A DNA stretch of 64,000 nucleotides from a virus, in IMG/VR virus record IMGVR_UViG_3300017728_002360, one strand, 5' to 3'. Under the pieces are notes generated by a model, which worked only from the letters and a program-made list of their open reading frames with translations, was not told where the DNA came from and did no database searches. This document shows positions 10,901-19,675 of the stretch, in pieces (within the stretch, counting starts at the first letter, position 1; every line of letters starts with the position of its first letter). Position numbers and translations under genes: made by a program.

Positions 10901-11462
10901 TATTGTTAACTCCATTGGTAGAAATGTAATTGTTAGGGCGTTCGGAAACGATCTATCTATTCTAGCAAGAAACGGTGGTAGCATAGTTATTGATGCTAAC
11001 GGTATTATCCAAGTAACTACTAGGACTGGTGTTTCGTTAACTGCTGGACAGATTGCAACTACTTCAAGTGATCCATTTAGATTTAGACCAGACGGTACAC
11101 CGATCAAGGTATCAAGTACTGCCGTTAACATTAGTGATCCAAATGATCAAAGCAGATACATTAGTAACATCACTAACATGAGAGATAATCTAAGCAAGGT
11201 GGGTACTACAGAGCAGAACTTCTTACCATTATGGATGTCAACTGCACAGACCAATTCAGTAGAAGAATTAGGCTACGTAACTGCTATTCCACTATGCTAT
11301 TGTAAGCCTGGAACAAGTGCCCAAATACTGCTTAATATACAGAATAATGGGTTTGATTTCCGTCAATTAGACTTTGAAATTGACAGATATATCATAGATA
11401 ATACTACAGGAAACAGCAACGAGCAGTATATTCCTTTCGGGAATTATAGCTTTAATGTTTAA
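7980..11462 (+). CDS. Large baseplate-wedge-like protein with Ig-like (LPPG) repeats and an inserted alpha/beta-hydrolase domain
   Basis: Four (L/I)PPG repeats; LLHGSGG, GFSNG, HGTAD, GHG esterase motifs; structural-gene context. Confidence 0.65.
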   Translation: MAVPQWTQNSGYKLGTLPERVTTSITLPIAPGSASGSGFDPGTTEISFPAQSRISNTTVINIEKTWTQGGNSVTYTYPIAIRIPTITALNDKRIPVAILLHGSGGNGINEIGSWQNYLGDHILVAPTGYNNEWNVAHENTKAPDIEFLQDLITQLKLFSNVDNTKIRMVGFSNGAALANRAYVQIDDTALDVICTIGTQFFDPMLRNSTFYIPSDQTGITTAEYNTAKTPYQPRKFLNIHGTADATIPYTGGSHSFGYSFLDAQQSVFEIAKSQGYTGGVIPDVGGIYYGITGVYYYSYLAGQVTHYKTPAGHGVEDYMKQIIGLFLGYTQESAPNIFLEQGSVTDINLNTDVITLISGELPPGMRLVDNKVVGTPFEVARDTVFEFVLRAQNSDGVRDRTLKIEVQGPDVPIWTTAAGKLPLGPNNSFYILDSSVVDFQLSAIDADLPTGQSLEYYIADGDGTLPPGIQLTTDGKLVGIVDPILALDERSGNGFYDMAQFDSYAFDFGMRSANGFESYYYDTQGYDYAIKTQSPRKLNRTYEFTVSVSDGDTITERKFQIFLVGDDFLRADNTIMQIGTGIFTADNTYIRVPMWLTPADLGFKRANNYVTIFLDVFDPNALVGELRYVLRANNPDGTTSTIPPGMALDVTTGEIAGRVPYMPAVTKEYKFTISAQRFIDQSLYAEKEKTFTVKVLGEVESTITWNTAEALGSINANFISTFAVSATTTVTDTALLYDVTAGSLPPGLILNHNGEIVGKVRQFASGTDLGLTTIDNNNFSMDGGTTTTDRKFSFTVRARDRFGFSATTRQFNIVVSDPDNITYSNLYVKPLLKSTQRSAYSNFIGDPNVFTPGSIYRPNDAEFGLQKEVKMLVYSGLETKEIRNYIAATRLNHKRKRFKMGTIKTATAKKTGTNTSVYEVVYVEVIDPSDINSGTLKVRAKDTIRSDKKITVDSVEYETSDDASKEGAGLAVFTIVNSIGRNVIVRAFGNDLSILARNGGSIVIDANGIIQVTTRTGVSLTAGQIATTSSDPFRFRPDGTPIKVSSTAVNISDPNDQSRYISNITNMRDNLSKVGTTEQNFLPLWMSTAQTNSVEELGYVTAIPLCYCKPGTSAQILLNIQNNGFDFRQLDFEIDRYIIDNTTGNSNEQYIPFGNYSFNV

Positions 11463-11466
11463 CGTG

Positions 11467-11474
11467 GATAAATA
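11467..11474 (+). promoter_or_regulatory. Late promoter GATAAATA
   Basis: Intergenic, upstream of SD GAGGA and ATG 11497. Confidence 0.6.
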
Positions 11475-11496
11475 TATACACTAGAGAGGAACAAAA

Positions 11497-12063
11497 ATGG
11501 CAAGTAATATTAGTACTACAGGAGTTGATGCAACATTTCCGATAGCAGGTCAGGATAATGACTCGCAAGGATTCAGAAATAACTTCAATACTGTTAAAAA
11601 TAACTTTACAGCGGCTAAGAGTGAAATCGAAGCACTACAAACTGATACTGCAAAGTTAAATGCCGCAAACAACTTTCTAGGAAATGACGTTAGCGGAGCA
11701 AACTTAATAGCTAACACAGAAAAAGTATATCCAGGTGGAACACTAACAGGTCCACAAAACATATCATTTACAAATGGTAACTATCAAACGTTTACTATTG
11801 GTAATAGCATTACACTTACATTTGCGGACTGGCCAGCATCAGGCAAAGTAGGTAAGATTAGATTAGTGTTACTAGACACACTTGGCGACAGTACAACTAG
11901 AGTGGTAACTTGGGCAACATCAGGTGGCGGTGCAATTAAGTACGGTCCAGGATTTCCAAGCCCATTTAACGTTGCTTCAAATGTAAACCCAGTTGTGGTT
12001 GACTTTTGGACTGACGATGGTGGAACTACTGTGTATGCTGAGTACGTTGGCGTCTTTAGTTAA
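11497..12063 (+). CDS. Putative virion structural protein
   Basis: Late promoter and SD; FPIAGQDNDSQGFRNNF N-terminus, beta-rich C-terminus. Confidence 0.55.
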   Translation: MASNISTTGVDATFPIAGQDNDSQGFRNNFNTVKNNFTAAKSEIEALQTDTAKLNAANNFLGNDVSGANLIANTEKVYPGGTLTGPQNISFTNGNYQTFTIGNSITLTFADWPASGKVGKIRLVLLDTLGDSTTRVVTWATSGGGAIKYGPGFPSPFNVASNVNPVVVDFWTDDGGTTVYAEYVGVFS

Positions 12064-12082
12064 TAACACTTAGGATTAAATT

Positions 12083-12307
12083 ATGGATCATCCATTAGGC
12101 GAAGACGTATCACTTCTTTCCGATGAACAAATAGACGAAAAGATTGTTTTACTTACAAAGAAGTTTTTCCAAACACGCAACCCACAAGCAAAAAGCCAAA
12201 TTAACTTATTACTTGACACATATAAATTAGAACGTCATACCCGTGCAGAGAAAAAACGGTTAAATGGATCCAATTCAGATCTTGACAAATTAATTAATAT
12301 CGAGTAA
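12083..12307 (+). CDS. Hypothetical protein
   Basis: 74 aa, SD AGGA. Confidence 0.6.
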   Translation: MDHPLGEDVSLLSDEQIDEKIVLLTKKFFQTRNPQAKSQINLLLDTYKLERHTRAEKKRLNGSNSDLDKLINIE

Positions 12308-12310
12308 AAT
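12282..12310 (+). promoter_or_regulatory. Sigma70-type promoter; probably gives a leaderless mRNA
   Basis: TTGACA-17nt-TAAAAT, ATG 6 nt downstream, no SD. Confidence 0.7.
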
Positions 12311-12316
12311 ATATAT

Positions 12317-12838
12317 ATGCTGATGAAAACTGACGAACTAGGTATACCACGATTCTCTAACAAGGACTTACTTGATATGATCTATACAGGACATATTGAT
12401 AAGTGCCATGTGGTATTGTGTGATCCAAATGATGACATAGAAAAGTTTAATGTACACGCAGAAGAAAATGGTTTAGACACACTAAAGAAATACGTTCCAT
12501 TAGATGTTGATAAAAACACTTTTGATGGAGTATGTCAAGGTGAATGGTTTATGCCAGATGAATTTAAACAAATGGACGTTGCAAACTACGTAATTGGTAA
12601 ATGCAAAACTCCAGAAGAAATCCAAAGAGTAGAAGAAGAATTTAGAGCATTTGAAAAAAGAGATATGCTCAATTTATTACGTTATATGGTATATTTGGTA
12701 GATCATATGCGTAAGAACAATATTGTATGGGGAGTAGGACGTGGTAGTAGTACGGCTAGTTATGTTTTATTCTTAATTGGAATACATAAGATCAACTCAA
12801 TCCAGTTTGGACTAGACTGGCGTGAGTTCCTTAGATAA
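12317..12838 (+). CDS. DNA polymerase III alpha (DnaE)-like fragment
   Basis: WGVGRGSSTASYVLFLIGIHKINSIQFGLDWREFLR resembles DnaE GRGS.AGSLVAY.L.IT..DP....L.FERFL. Confidence 0.75.
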   Translation: MLMKTDELGIPRFSNKDLLDMIYTGHIDKCHVVLCDPNDDIEKFNVHAEENGLDTLKKYVPLDVDKNTFDGVCQGEWFMPDEFKQMDVANYVIGKCKTPEEIQRVEEEFRAFEKRDMLNLLRYMVYLVDHMRKNNIVWGVGRGSSTASYVLFLIGIHKINSIQFGLDWREFLR

Positions 12839-12863
12839 ATACGTACATAATAGGAGAAACGTT

Positions 12864-13295
12864 ATGGCAGTAAAACAAAGCGGTCGAAAGCAATATAAAA
12901 CCATGCAGGGAAAAGCTGTAGATATGGATTTGCTTAGACAAAGAAATGAACTTACTCCGGCTGTAGGAAATGCCCGTGTAAATGCACGTGGTGATGAATT
13001 AGGCCCAGGTGGTAAAATCATTAAGAAACGCGAAGATGTTTTAGCAGAATACTATAGAGATCATCCTCAAGCAGTTCCGGACGAAGTTCCAGGACAAGGC
13101 GTTGCACAAACTGACGAAGAAACTCAAGTTGCACAAACTAAAGTTGCTGAAGAAAAGATTGCACCGGCTAAAAAGGCTTCACCAAAGAAGTCAGCAGTAG
13201 AAGATGAGATGGCAGAAATTGACCAAGAAGCAAAAGAGACAGGTGCTGAATGGGTTGAAGATGCCGATGGTAATTTTGTAAAAAAAGGTGAATAG
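12864..13295 (+). CDS. Hypothetical protein (late promoter 12834-12841)
   Basis: SD AGGAG before ATG 12864. Confidence 0.65.
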   Translation: MAVKQSGRKQYKTMQGKAVDMDLLRQRNELTPAVGNARVNARGDELGPGGKIIKKREDVLAEYYRDHPQAVPDEVPGQGVAQTDEETQVAQTKVAEEKIAPAKKASPKKSAVEDEMAEIDQEAKETGAEWVEDADGNFVKKGE

Positions 13296-13298
13296 ATT

Positions 13299-13730
13299 AT
13301 GATGGATACTTCAGCACTAGGTTCTGGGCCAAAGCTCAAGCCTACTATGAAGGGCACGTTACGTCCTATCAAAGATCGTGTACTAGCTTATGACATGAAC
13401 TTTGGTGAAAGAACTACTAAAGGCGGAATCATTATTACATCTGATGATGGACAAGAACGAGGCATTCGCTCACGTTGGTGTAGAGTATATGCTAAAGGTC
13501 CTGACAACAAAGATGAATATGAAGTAGGTGATTGGATCTACGTAGATCATGGTCGTTGGAGCAGAGGTGTAATGCTTGATGAGCCTGAGTTAGGCAAAAT
13601 TGAGGTTAGACTTGTTGATACCAAGGATGTTCTTTTAATGAGCAAAGAACAACCAGACGATGACGGAATAGGACATTCCACAGACTTATCACAACCAACA
13701 ATAGACCCACAAAGTTTTATCACAGAATAG
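13299..13730 (+). CDS. groES: Co-chaperonin GroES-like protein
   Basis: LRPIKDRVL, mobile loop ERTTKGGIII, VGD. Confidence 0.8.
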   Translation: MMDTSALGSGPKLKPTMKGTLRPIKDRVLAYDMNFGERTTKGGIIITSDDGQERGIRSRWCRVYAKGPDNKDEYEVGDWIYVDHGRWSRGVMLDEPELGKIEVRLVDTKDVLLMSKEQPDDDGIGHSTDLSQPTIDPQSFITE

Positions 13731-13743
13731 AAAGGACATTACC

Positions 13744-14157
13744 TTGTCTAAAGTAGATCTTAATAAGTACAAAGAATTTGTACAAGAAGTTACCAGTAAA
13801 GAAAGTAATCAGTTATCAGAGATGTTTTACGCAGTAAAGGATCTTGAAACTAAAAATCCTAAAATTAATATGTCCTTATTGCTTACTGGTGGCATAGGAC
13901 TATCATCAGAAACAGGAGAGTTTAATGAGATTGTTAAAAAATGCATCTTCCAAGGCAAACCACTTAATGATTAAACTGTATTTCATGCTAAACGAGAGCT
14001 TGGTGACATTATGTGGTATTGGATTAGTTCTTGCCGTGCTTTGGGTCTTGACCCTAACGAAGTAATAGAAGAAAACGTTAATAAGCTAAAAGCAAGATAT
14101 CCAGGTGGTGAATTTGATGTCCATTATAGTGAGAACCGCCAAGAAGGTGACTTATAA
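13744..14157 (+). pseudogene. mazG: MazG-like NTP pyrophosphohydrolase interrupted by in-frame TAA (13972-13974)
   Basis: GLSSETGEFNEIVKK...PLND*TVFHAKRELGDIMWY...NVNKLKARYP in one frame to TAA 14155-14157. Confidence 0.8.
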
Positions 14158-14181
14158 TACATTGACAGATTAAATACTGTC

Positions 14182-14784
14182 ATGCAGTTCGACCAAGAAA
14201 AAATTAAATATTTCGATGATGTAGTACCGTCCTGGTTACATCAACAAGCACAAGACACAGTTCCATACCTTCCACTTAAATGGGGACACAGAGGATTAGG
14301 TCCTTATCAAGGACATCAGTTCTTTAGTGATGTATGGAAACATGAAGAAATAGAAAATGCACCTTGGGTGCTACGTGCTATTTGGTCATCGTTTGAACAA
14401 CACAAACACCAGATCGATCCCGACGTTGGTGACATACAGCTTAACCAGATCCAAGTTAACTTGACAACTAAGGACCATATAGGTGGTCTTCATGTTGACA
14501 CACAAGGCGACACTCCAGCATATACTATGGTTTATTCAGTTATAGGCGATAGTGGTATGGACTTTTATAATAGCGACAGTGAACTAAAACATACAGTTGA
14601 CTATGGTGATGCTAGATGCATAGTATTCCCTAGTGCAATGATACATCAAGGACAACCGCCTAAGGAAACAAGTCCAAGAGTAACAGTAGGATTTATCTTT
14701 AGTGGAGTGGCATCTAAATTTGCTAGAGACAGAGGAGTTATTATGCCTATATTTAAAAAGGAGCAAGAGAAAATTGTCCAGTAA
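14182..14784 (+). CDS. 2OG-Fe(II) oxygenase
   Basis: HVD...MIH...PRVTV. Confidence 0.7.
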   Translation: MQFDQEKIKYFDDVVPSWLHQQAQDTVPYLPLKWGHRGLGPYQGHQFFSDVWKHEEIENAPWVLRAIWSSFEQHKHQIDPDVGDIQLNQIQVNLTTKDHIGGLHVDTQGDTPAYTMVYSVIGDSGMDFYNSDSELKHTVDYGDARCIVFPSAMIHQGQPPKETSPRVTVGFIFSGVASKFARDRGVIMPIFKKEQEKIVQ

Positions 14785-15328
14785 TAATATAATAGTGTTT
14801 GATGACATAGTTCCTGATTGGCTACGTGAACAAAGCGAAGCAGTACTTCCGCACCAACCGATAACGTTCGGACAAAAAGGCTTTATGTCTACTTGGCCTA
14901 ATCTAAATGATTTACCTTGGGAATTAAAAGCTATATGGTGTGCATTCAATTACAGGCGTGATGACGTAAAATCAAAGATTCCATTGTTTGGAAAAGCAGG
15001 TAACTTAAACTTGTTAAATGTACAAACCAATATGTCCACTCAAGAACATCACCCTGATATAGTAGCAATGGACGAACCATATGATGTTGACGGAACAGGT
15101 AAGATGGTTTATTCACAAAAATCGAATTGGGTATTTTATTATATGATACAAGGCGATAGTGGAATGGAATTTTATCACAGAGATGGTAAAACTATTTTTG
15201 AAACTGTTGAATTTAAACCGGGTAGAGTAGTAACCTTTCCTGCTAGGACACTACACAAAGAATTGGAACCAAAAGAGCTATCACCAAGATTCTCCGTTTC
15301 ATATCTTTTTTCCGGATTATATGCTTGA
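14774..15328 (+). CDS. Degenerate 2OG-Fe(II) oxygenase paralogue
   Basis: Shares FDD.VP.WL, PW.L.AIW, GDSGM.FY with upstream gene; canonical HxD absent; TTG start inferred. Confidence 0.6.
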   Translation: MSSNNIIVFDDIVPDWLREQSEAVLPHQPITFGQKGFMSTWPNLNDLPWELKAIWCAFNYRRDDVKSKIPLFGKAGNLNLLNVQTNMSTQEHHPDIVAMDEPYDVDGTGKMVYSQKSNWVFYYMIQGDSGMEFYHRDGKTIFETVEFKPGRVVTFPARTLHKELEPKELSPRFSVSYLFSGLYA

Positions 15329-15353
15329 CATTTTTTAATTTTGTGTGTATAAT
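15325..15353 (+). promoter_or_regulatory. Sigma70 consensus promoter
   Basis: TTGACA-17nt-TATAAT. Confidence 0.85.
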
Positions 15354-15374
15354 AGTACACAACTAGGAGAATAT

Positions 15375-15545
15375 ATGAAACTTCCAACAACGGAATTACA
15401 AGGTATTGGAACAACTGGAGCAACTGGTATTGTGTTAATGACTTTGCACATACTAGGACATCTATCAGGATGGGCTTGGCCAATCTTATACGTTGTATTG
15501 ATATTGATGGGTATTGGACAAGAACGTGGCGCTACAAAAAAGTGA
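15375..15545 (+). CDS. Small membrane protein
   Basis: SD AGGAG; 56 aa, two hydrophobic segments. Confidence 0.6.
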   Translation: MKLPTTELQGIGTTGATGIVLMTLHILGHLSGWAWPILYVVLILMGIGQERGATKK

Positions 15546-15868
15546 AATTTAAGATTCAGAATGTAGGTGGCAAGATTGCCAAAAAAGATGAAAGATATGT
15601 TGTAAAGGATAATACAACATTAAAAAATCTAGTCCTAAGTAGCACGGATTTACAACCATATAAATCTACTAGTGGACATAAGCACGAAGGACAAGAAGAA
15701 GTATATTACTTCGTATCAGGCAGTGGTAAAATGGAATTAGACGATAAAACATTAAGCGTCAAAGAAAATGATGTGGTACTAATCGAAGATGGAGTATTCC
15801 ATCGTGTACACGCAGGACCATTAGGTTGTTATTTTGTTTGCGTTTTTGATGGTAGGAGAAAACATTGA
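15542..15868 (+). CDS. Cupin-domain protein
   Basis: GHKHEGQEEVYYF...GVFHRV; GTG start overlapping upstream stop. Confidence 0.75.
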   Translation: MKFKIQNVGGKIAKKDERYVVKDNTTLKNLVLSSTDLQPYKSTSGHKHEGQEEVYYFVSGSGKMELDDKTLSVKENDVVLIEDGVFHRVHAGPLGCYFVCVFDGRRKH

Positions 15869-16281
15869 CAGTAGGCATTACATTTAGCACATTTGATCTG
15901 TTTCATACAGGACACGTTGCTATGCTTAAAGAAGCAAGTAATAACTGTGATCATATGATTGTAGGACTACAATCGGATCCATCAGTTGATAGAGCTGAAA
16001 AAAACAAACCAATACAAAGTGTATTTGAACGTTATGTACAATTGGCTGGTTGTAAGTATATTAATGAAATTATTCCTTACGAAACTGAAAAGGATTTAGA
16101 AGACATTCTTTTAACATATAAAATTGATAAAAGATTTATTGGTGAAGAATATAAGACAAAAGACTTCACTGGAAAGCAGATTTGTGTTGACAAAGGCATA
16201 GAAATATACTATAATAAAAGACAACACTCATTTAGCACAACTAATTTGAGACAAAGGATATTAGATGAATCCAAAAGATGA
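15865..16281 (+). CDS. Cytidylyltransferase (TagD-like)
   Basis: STFDLFHTGHV, FSTTNLR. Confidence 0.85.
   Translation: MTVGITFSTFDLFHTGHVAMLKEASNNCDHMIVGLQSDPSVDRAEKNKPIQSVFERYVQLAGCKYINEIIPYETEKDLEDILLTYKIDKRFIGEEYKTKDFTGKQICVDKGIEIYYNKRQHSFSTTNLRQRILDESKR
16187..16215 (+). promoter_or_regulatory. Sigma70 consensus promoter inside a CDS
   Basis: TTGACA-17nt-TATAAT upstream of clamp-loader genes. Confidence 0.75.
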
Positions 16282-16447
16282 AGCATTGAAAAAAGACATA
16301 GAACTTTTGAACGTAAAGGTTGATAAACTTCAGTTGACAATAGACAACTTAGATGCAAAACTAACTAAACATATAGGCTTTATTGATGCTACGTATGAAG
16401 GTCTACGTAATCCAATAGATGCCGCAAAGAGGTTTTTACGTAAATGA
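16265..16447 (+). CDS. Small coiled-coil protein
   Basis: 60 aa, heptad pattern, overlaps neighbours. Confidence 0.55.
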   Translation: MNPKDEALKKDIELLNVKVDKLQLTIDNLDAKLTKHIGFIDATYEGLRNPIDAAKRFLRK

Positions 16448-17358
16448 AAGAATTGTGGGTAGAAAAGTATCGTCCTAAAACAGTAGATGGTTACGTTTTT
16501 AGAGATGAACATCAAAAGGCACAGGTTAAACAATGGATCAAGGAACAAACGATTCCACACTTATTGTTTAGTGGTAACGCAGGTATTGGTAAGACAACAC
16601 TTGCTAAATTATTGTTTAATGAATTAGATCTTAATGATTTAGACATACTTGAGATTAACGCAAGTCGTACAAATAGTGTAGATGATGTTAGAGATAAGAT
16701 CGTTAACTTTGTACAGATGATACCATTTGGAGCATTTAAAGTTGTACTACTTGATGAAGCTGATTACCTTTCCCCGAATGCTCAGGCGGCGTTACGTGGA
16801 GTTATGGAAGAATATCACACCACTTCAAGGTTTATTCTTACTTGTAATTACCCCAACCGTATTATTCCTGCTTTGCACAGTCGTTGTCAAGGTTTTCATA
16901 TTGCTAAAGTAGACATGAATGAGTTTACTGCAAGGGTGGCAGAGATTTGTATTTCAGAAGGTGTTACTCCAGACTTGGATACACTAGACACTTATGTAAA
17001 AGCAAGTTATCCTGATTTACGTAAATGTATTAATACAGTACAAATGAATTCGCAAGATGGTAAACTACTTGCACCCAATGAAAGCGATAAGAATGAAGCT
17101 GATTGGAAACTTGAAATGGTCGAACTGTTTAAGGCAGGCAAGATCAGTGAAGCTCGTAAACTTGTTTGTGCAAGTGCTAGAGCAGAAGAGATGGAAGAAG
17201 TTTACAGATGGCTGTATGACAACATTGAATTGTTCGGTGATGAAGAAAAGCAGGACAAGGCAGTTATTATAATTAAACAAGGACTAGTAGATCATACACT
17301 AGTCGTAGATCCAGAGATCAATTTAGCGGCAACATTAATTAAACTAGCAAGGCTATAA
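16444..17358 (+). CDS. gp44: Clamp loader ATPase subunit (gp44/RFC-like)
   Basis: LWVEKYRP, GNAGIGKT, LLDEAD, SRC. Confidence 0.9.
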   Translation: MKELWVEKYRPKTVDGYVFRDEHQKAQVKQWIKEQTIPHLLFSGNAGIGKTTLAKLLFNELDLNDLDILEINASRTNSVDDVRDKIVNFVQMIPFGAFKVVLLDEADYLSPNAQAALRGVMEEYHTTSRFILTCNYPNRIIPALHSRCQGFHIAKVDMNEFTARVAEICISEGVTPDLDTLDTYVKASYPDLRKCINTVQMNSQDGKLLAPNESDKNEADWKLEMVELFKAGKISEARKLVCASARAEEMEEVYRWLYDNIELFGDEEKQDKAVIIIKQGLVDHTLVVDPEINLAATLIKLARL

Positions 17359-17603
17359 TGAAGATCCGATACTATCACAAGATTGATGGTTGGAGATGGT
17401 TAGGCTTTGTACTAGCAATGGTCGGCGCCTTTATATTAAGCGGCGGAGATCCTAGTGTACAATGGGTAGGTTGGTTAATTGCCTGTTTCAGTTGTGCAAT
17501 TTGGATATATATGGGTATAAAAGATAGAGACGTACCTCGTGCTTTAATGGAGTTGTTTTATCTGTTACTTGCAATCAGGGGTATATATAACTGGATAGTA
17601 TAA
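17358..17603 (+). CDS. Small 3-TM membrane protein
   Basis: 81 aa, three hydrophobic helices. Confidence 0.6.
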   Translation: MKIRYYHKIDGWRWLGFVLAMVGAFILSGGDPSVQWVGWLIACFSCAIWIYMGIKDRDVPRALMELFYLLLAIRGIYNWIV

Positions 17604-17927
17604 ATGACGTACCTAGTAAATAAAGATTGTGTAAACTGTAAGCACATGGATTGCGTAGAAGTTTGTCCGGTGGATTGTTTTTACGAAGGCGAAAATATGC
17701 TTGTAATTAATCCAGATGAATGTATTGACTGCGGAGTATGTGTTCCAGAATGTCCAGTAGATGCTATTATAGAAGAGTCTCAGGACGATGGTACTTGGTT
17801 TAACTGGAATAGTAAATATAGTGTAGAATGGCCACAAATAACACAGAAGCGAGATGAAGATGTGTTGGCTGATAGGATTCCGGCTGTTAATATTGAGATG
17901 TCGGATAAACCAGGTAAAGGAGATTAA
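17604..17927 (+). CDS. FdxA-type (7Fe/8Fe) ferredoxin
   Basis: [21 protein letters not shown]...[12 protein letters not shown]. Confidence 0.9.
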   Translation: MTYLVNKDCVNCKHMDCVEVCPVDCFYEGENMLVINPDECIDCGVCVPECPVDAIIEESQDDGTWFNWNSKYSVEWPQITQKRDEDVLADRIPAVNIEMSDKPGKGD

Positions 17928-17930
17928 ACT

Positions 17931-18254
17931 ATGAAAATGAGAGCTTCACATATACTTTTTTCTTATGCCGGTGCAACGAATAGTACGCATAGCAGAGGTA
18001 TTGCGTTTGCTATGAATGAAGCGAACCGTGTACAGAAAGAAATTCAAGATGGCAAGTATTCTTTTGAAATTGGTGCAAAAGAAAATAGTGCTTGTCCAAG
18101 TGGTAAAAGATCAGGTGGAGATCTAGGTTGGTTCGAACCAGAAGAAATGGTTGTAGAATTTTCAACTGCTTGTCAAAGTATTCCCAAAGGCGAGATGGGA
18201 CCACACCCTATAGTAACACCGTTCGGTGTACACATTATATACAGAACAGGATAA
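17931..18254 (+). CDS. Parvulin-type peptidyl-prolyl isomerase
   Basis: RASHIL, SACPS...GGDLGWF, TPFGVHII. Confidence 0.85.
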   Translation: MKMRASHILFSYAGATNSTHSRGIAFAMNEANRVQKEIQDGKYSFEIGAKENSACPSGKRSGGDLGWFEPEEMVVEFSTACQSIPKGEMGPHPIVTPFGVHIIYRTG

Positions 18255-18258
18255 AAAA

Positions 18259-18918
18259 ATGCAAGTAAAATTAATCTCTTATAGCAAGGCGCCTGACAAT
18301 ACTGATCTAAGCGACTTGCAAGAACTAATTGCCTATTGTGCCAGGGTAAGTAATCCTAGCAATCAAATGAATATGGAAACTAGTGAAAAGCTAATCAAGT
18401 ATCTAGTAAAACATAAGCATTGGTCACCATTAGAAATGGTTAGTGCTTGTTTAGAAATTGAAACAACAAGAGATATTGCACATCAAATAGTGCGTCATAG
18501 AAGTTTTAGCTTTCAAGAATTTAGTCAACGTTATGCAAATCCACAAGACATGGAAGAAGCATTTACATATAGAGAACCAAGACTACAGGATACAAAGAAT
18601 AGACAAAACTCAATTGAAGTACATGATCAACAATTAGAAATGAATTGGGGTCATATGCAAAAAGAAGTAATCAAAATGTCAAAAGAAGCATATGATTGGG
18701 CAATAGCAAATGGTATTGCTAAAGAACAAGCCAGAGTCGTACTACCAGAAGGCTTGACTAAGACTAAATTATATATGAATGGTACTTTAAGAAGTTGGGT
18801 ACACTACATTGAGCTACGTGGTGCCAATGGTACACAAAAAGAACACATGGAAATCGCTCATGCCTGTGCCAAAGTTATTGCAGAAATATTTCCATTAATG
18901 AATAATATAGATGTTTAG
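18259..18918 (+). CDS. thyX: Flavin-dependent thymidylate synthase
   Basis: HWSPLE, RHRSFSFQEFSQRY, KEQARVVLP. Confidence 0.95.
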   Translation: MQVKLISYSKAPDNTDLSDLQELIAYCARVSNPSNQMNMETSEKLIKYLVKHKHWSPLEMVSACLEIETTRDIAHQIVRHRSFSFQEFSQRYANPQDMEEAFTYREPRLQDTKNRQNSIEVHDQQLEMNWGHMQKEVIKMSKEAYDWAIANGIAKEQARVVLPEGLTKTKLYMNGTLRSWVHYIELRGANGTQKEHMEIAHACAKVIAEIFPLMNNIDV

Positions 18919-19675
18919 TAAAAAAGAAAAAGCAGTAGTAAATTTTGAAACAGAGAATTGGGCTGTACGCAAGTATGCACCCATTAAACCTGCTTCTGAA
19001 TTTATGCCAGGCCCTTGGAAACAAATGCCTACTTTTACTGACAAGCAAAAACACAAAATAGACAGCGATCAAACTATAAAGGCTTGTCCGGGTATAGGCG
19101 ACTATATGAAAACAGGCTTTATCATTCCTGCTTGGTGTGATATGGAAATTATTCCAAGCCAAGATGGACAGATGGTTGAAACTAGATATTCAGACCCTGA
19201 ATACAATAGTGCATTTCATCCAGCAGATCAAGTACACAATGAAGTAAGTTCTGTTATGCAAAAGTTTGGTGTTAAGTCAGCAGTAAAACTAGACTGTCCT
19301 TGGAAGATATGGCAACCTAAGGATTGGAGTTTAATGTACCTTCCTATGTTTTTCTTTGAAGGTCGAAACTACGAAGCTATTCCAGGTGTAATTGATCATG
19401 ACTTAGGTGCTTTGATAAGTCCTATTAATATCATGTTACTTGAAAAGAAGATTACAAAAATTAAACTAGGTGAACCACTGGTACAAGTGGTACCTATTAA
19501 ACGTGAAAAAGTAACTGCACGTACAAGTGCATTAAGCAAGACTGCCGTTGACAGGCATAATGCTATAATTCAAACAAATAAGATTACATTCAACGGTTGG
19601 TCTAAGTGGCAACACGCCAAGAAAACCTATGTTGTGGATTCACACGACACAGACCTTCCTGGCGATGAGTCCTAG
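18911..19675 (+). CDS. Hypothetical protein (related to 49848..50549; possibly dUTPase-like beta fold)
   Basis: KACPG...IPGVID...IKLGEPLVQV. Confidence 0.5.
   Translation: MFSKKEKAVVNFETENWAVRKYAPIKPASEFMPGPWKQMPTFTDKQKHKIDSDQTIKACPGIGDYMKTGFIIPAWCDMEIIPSQDGQMVETRYSDPEYNSAFHPADQVHNEVSSVMQKFGVKSAVKLDCPWKIWQPKDWSLMYLPMFFFEGRNYEAIPGVIDHDLGALISPINIMLLEKKITKIKLGEPLVQVVPIKREKVTARTSALSKTAVDRHNAIIQTNKITFNGWSKWQHAKKTYVVDSHDTDLPGDES

Noticed and set aside
14162-14167. TTGACA as a sigma70 -35
   Set aside because: No -10 at 16-18 nt; better explained as a hairpin arm
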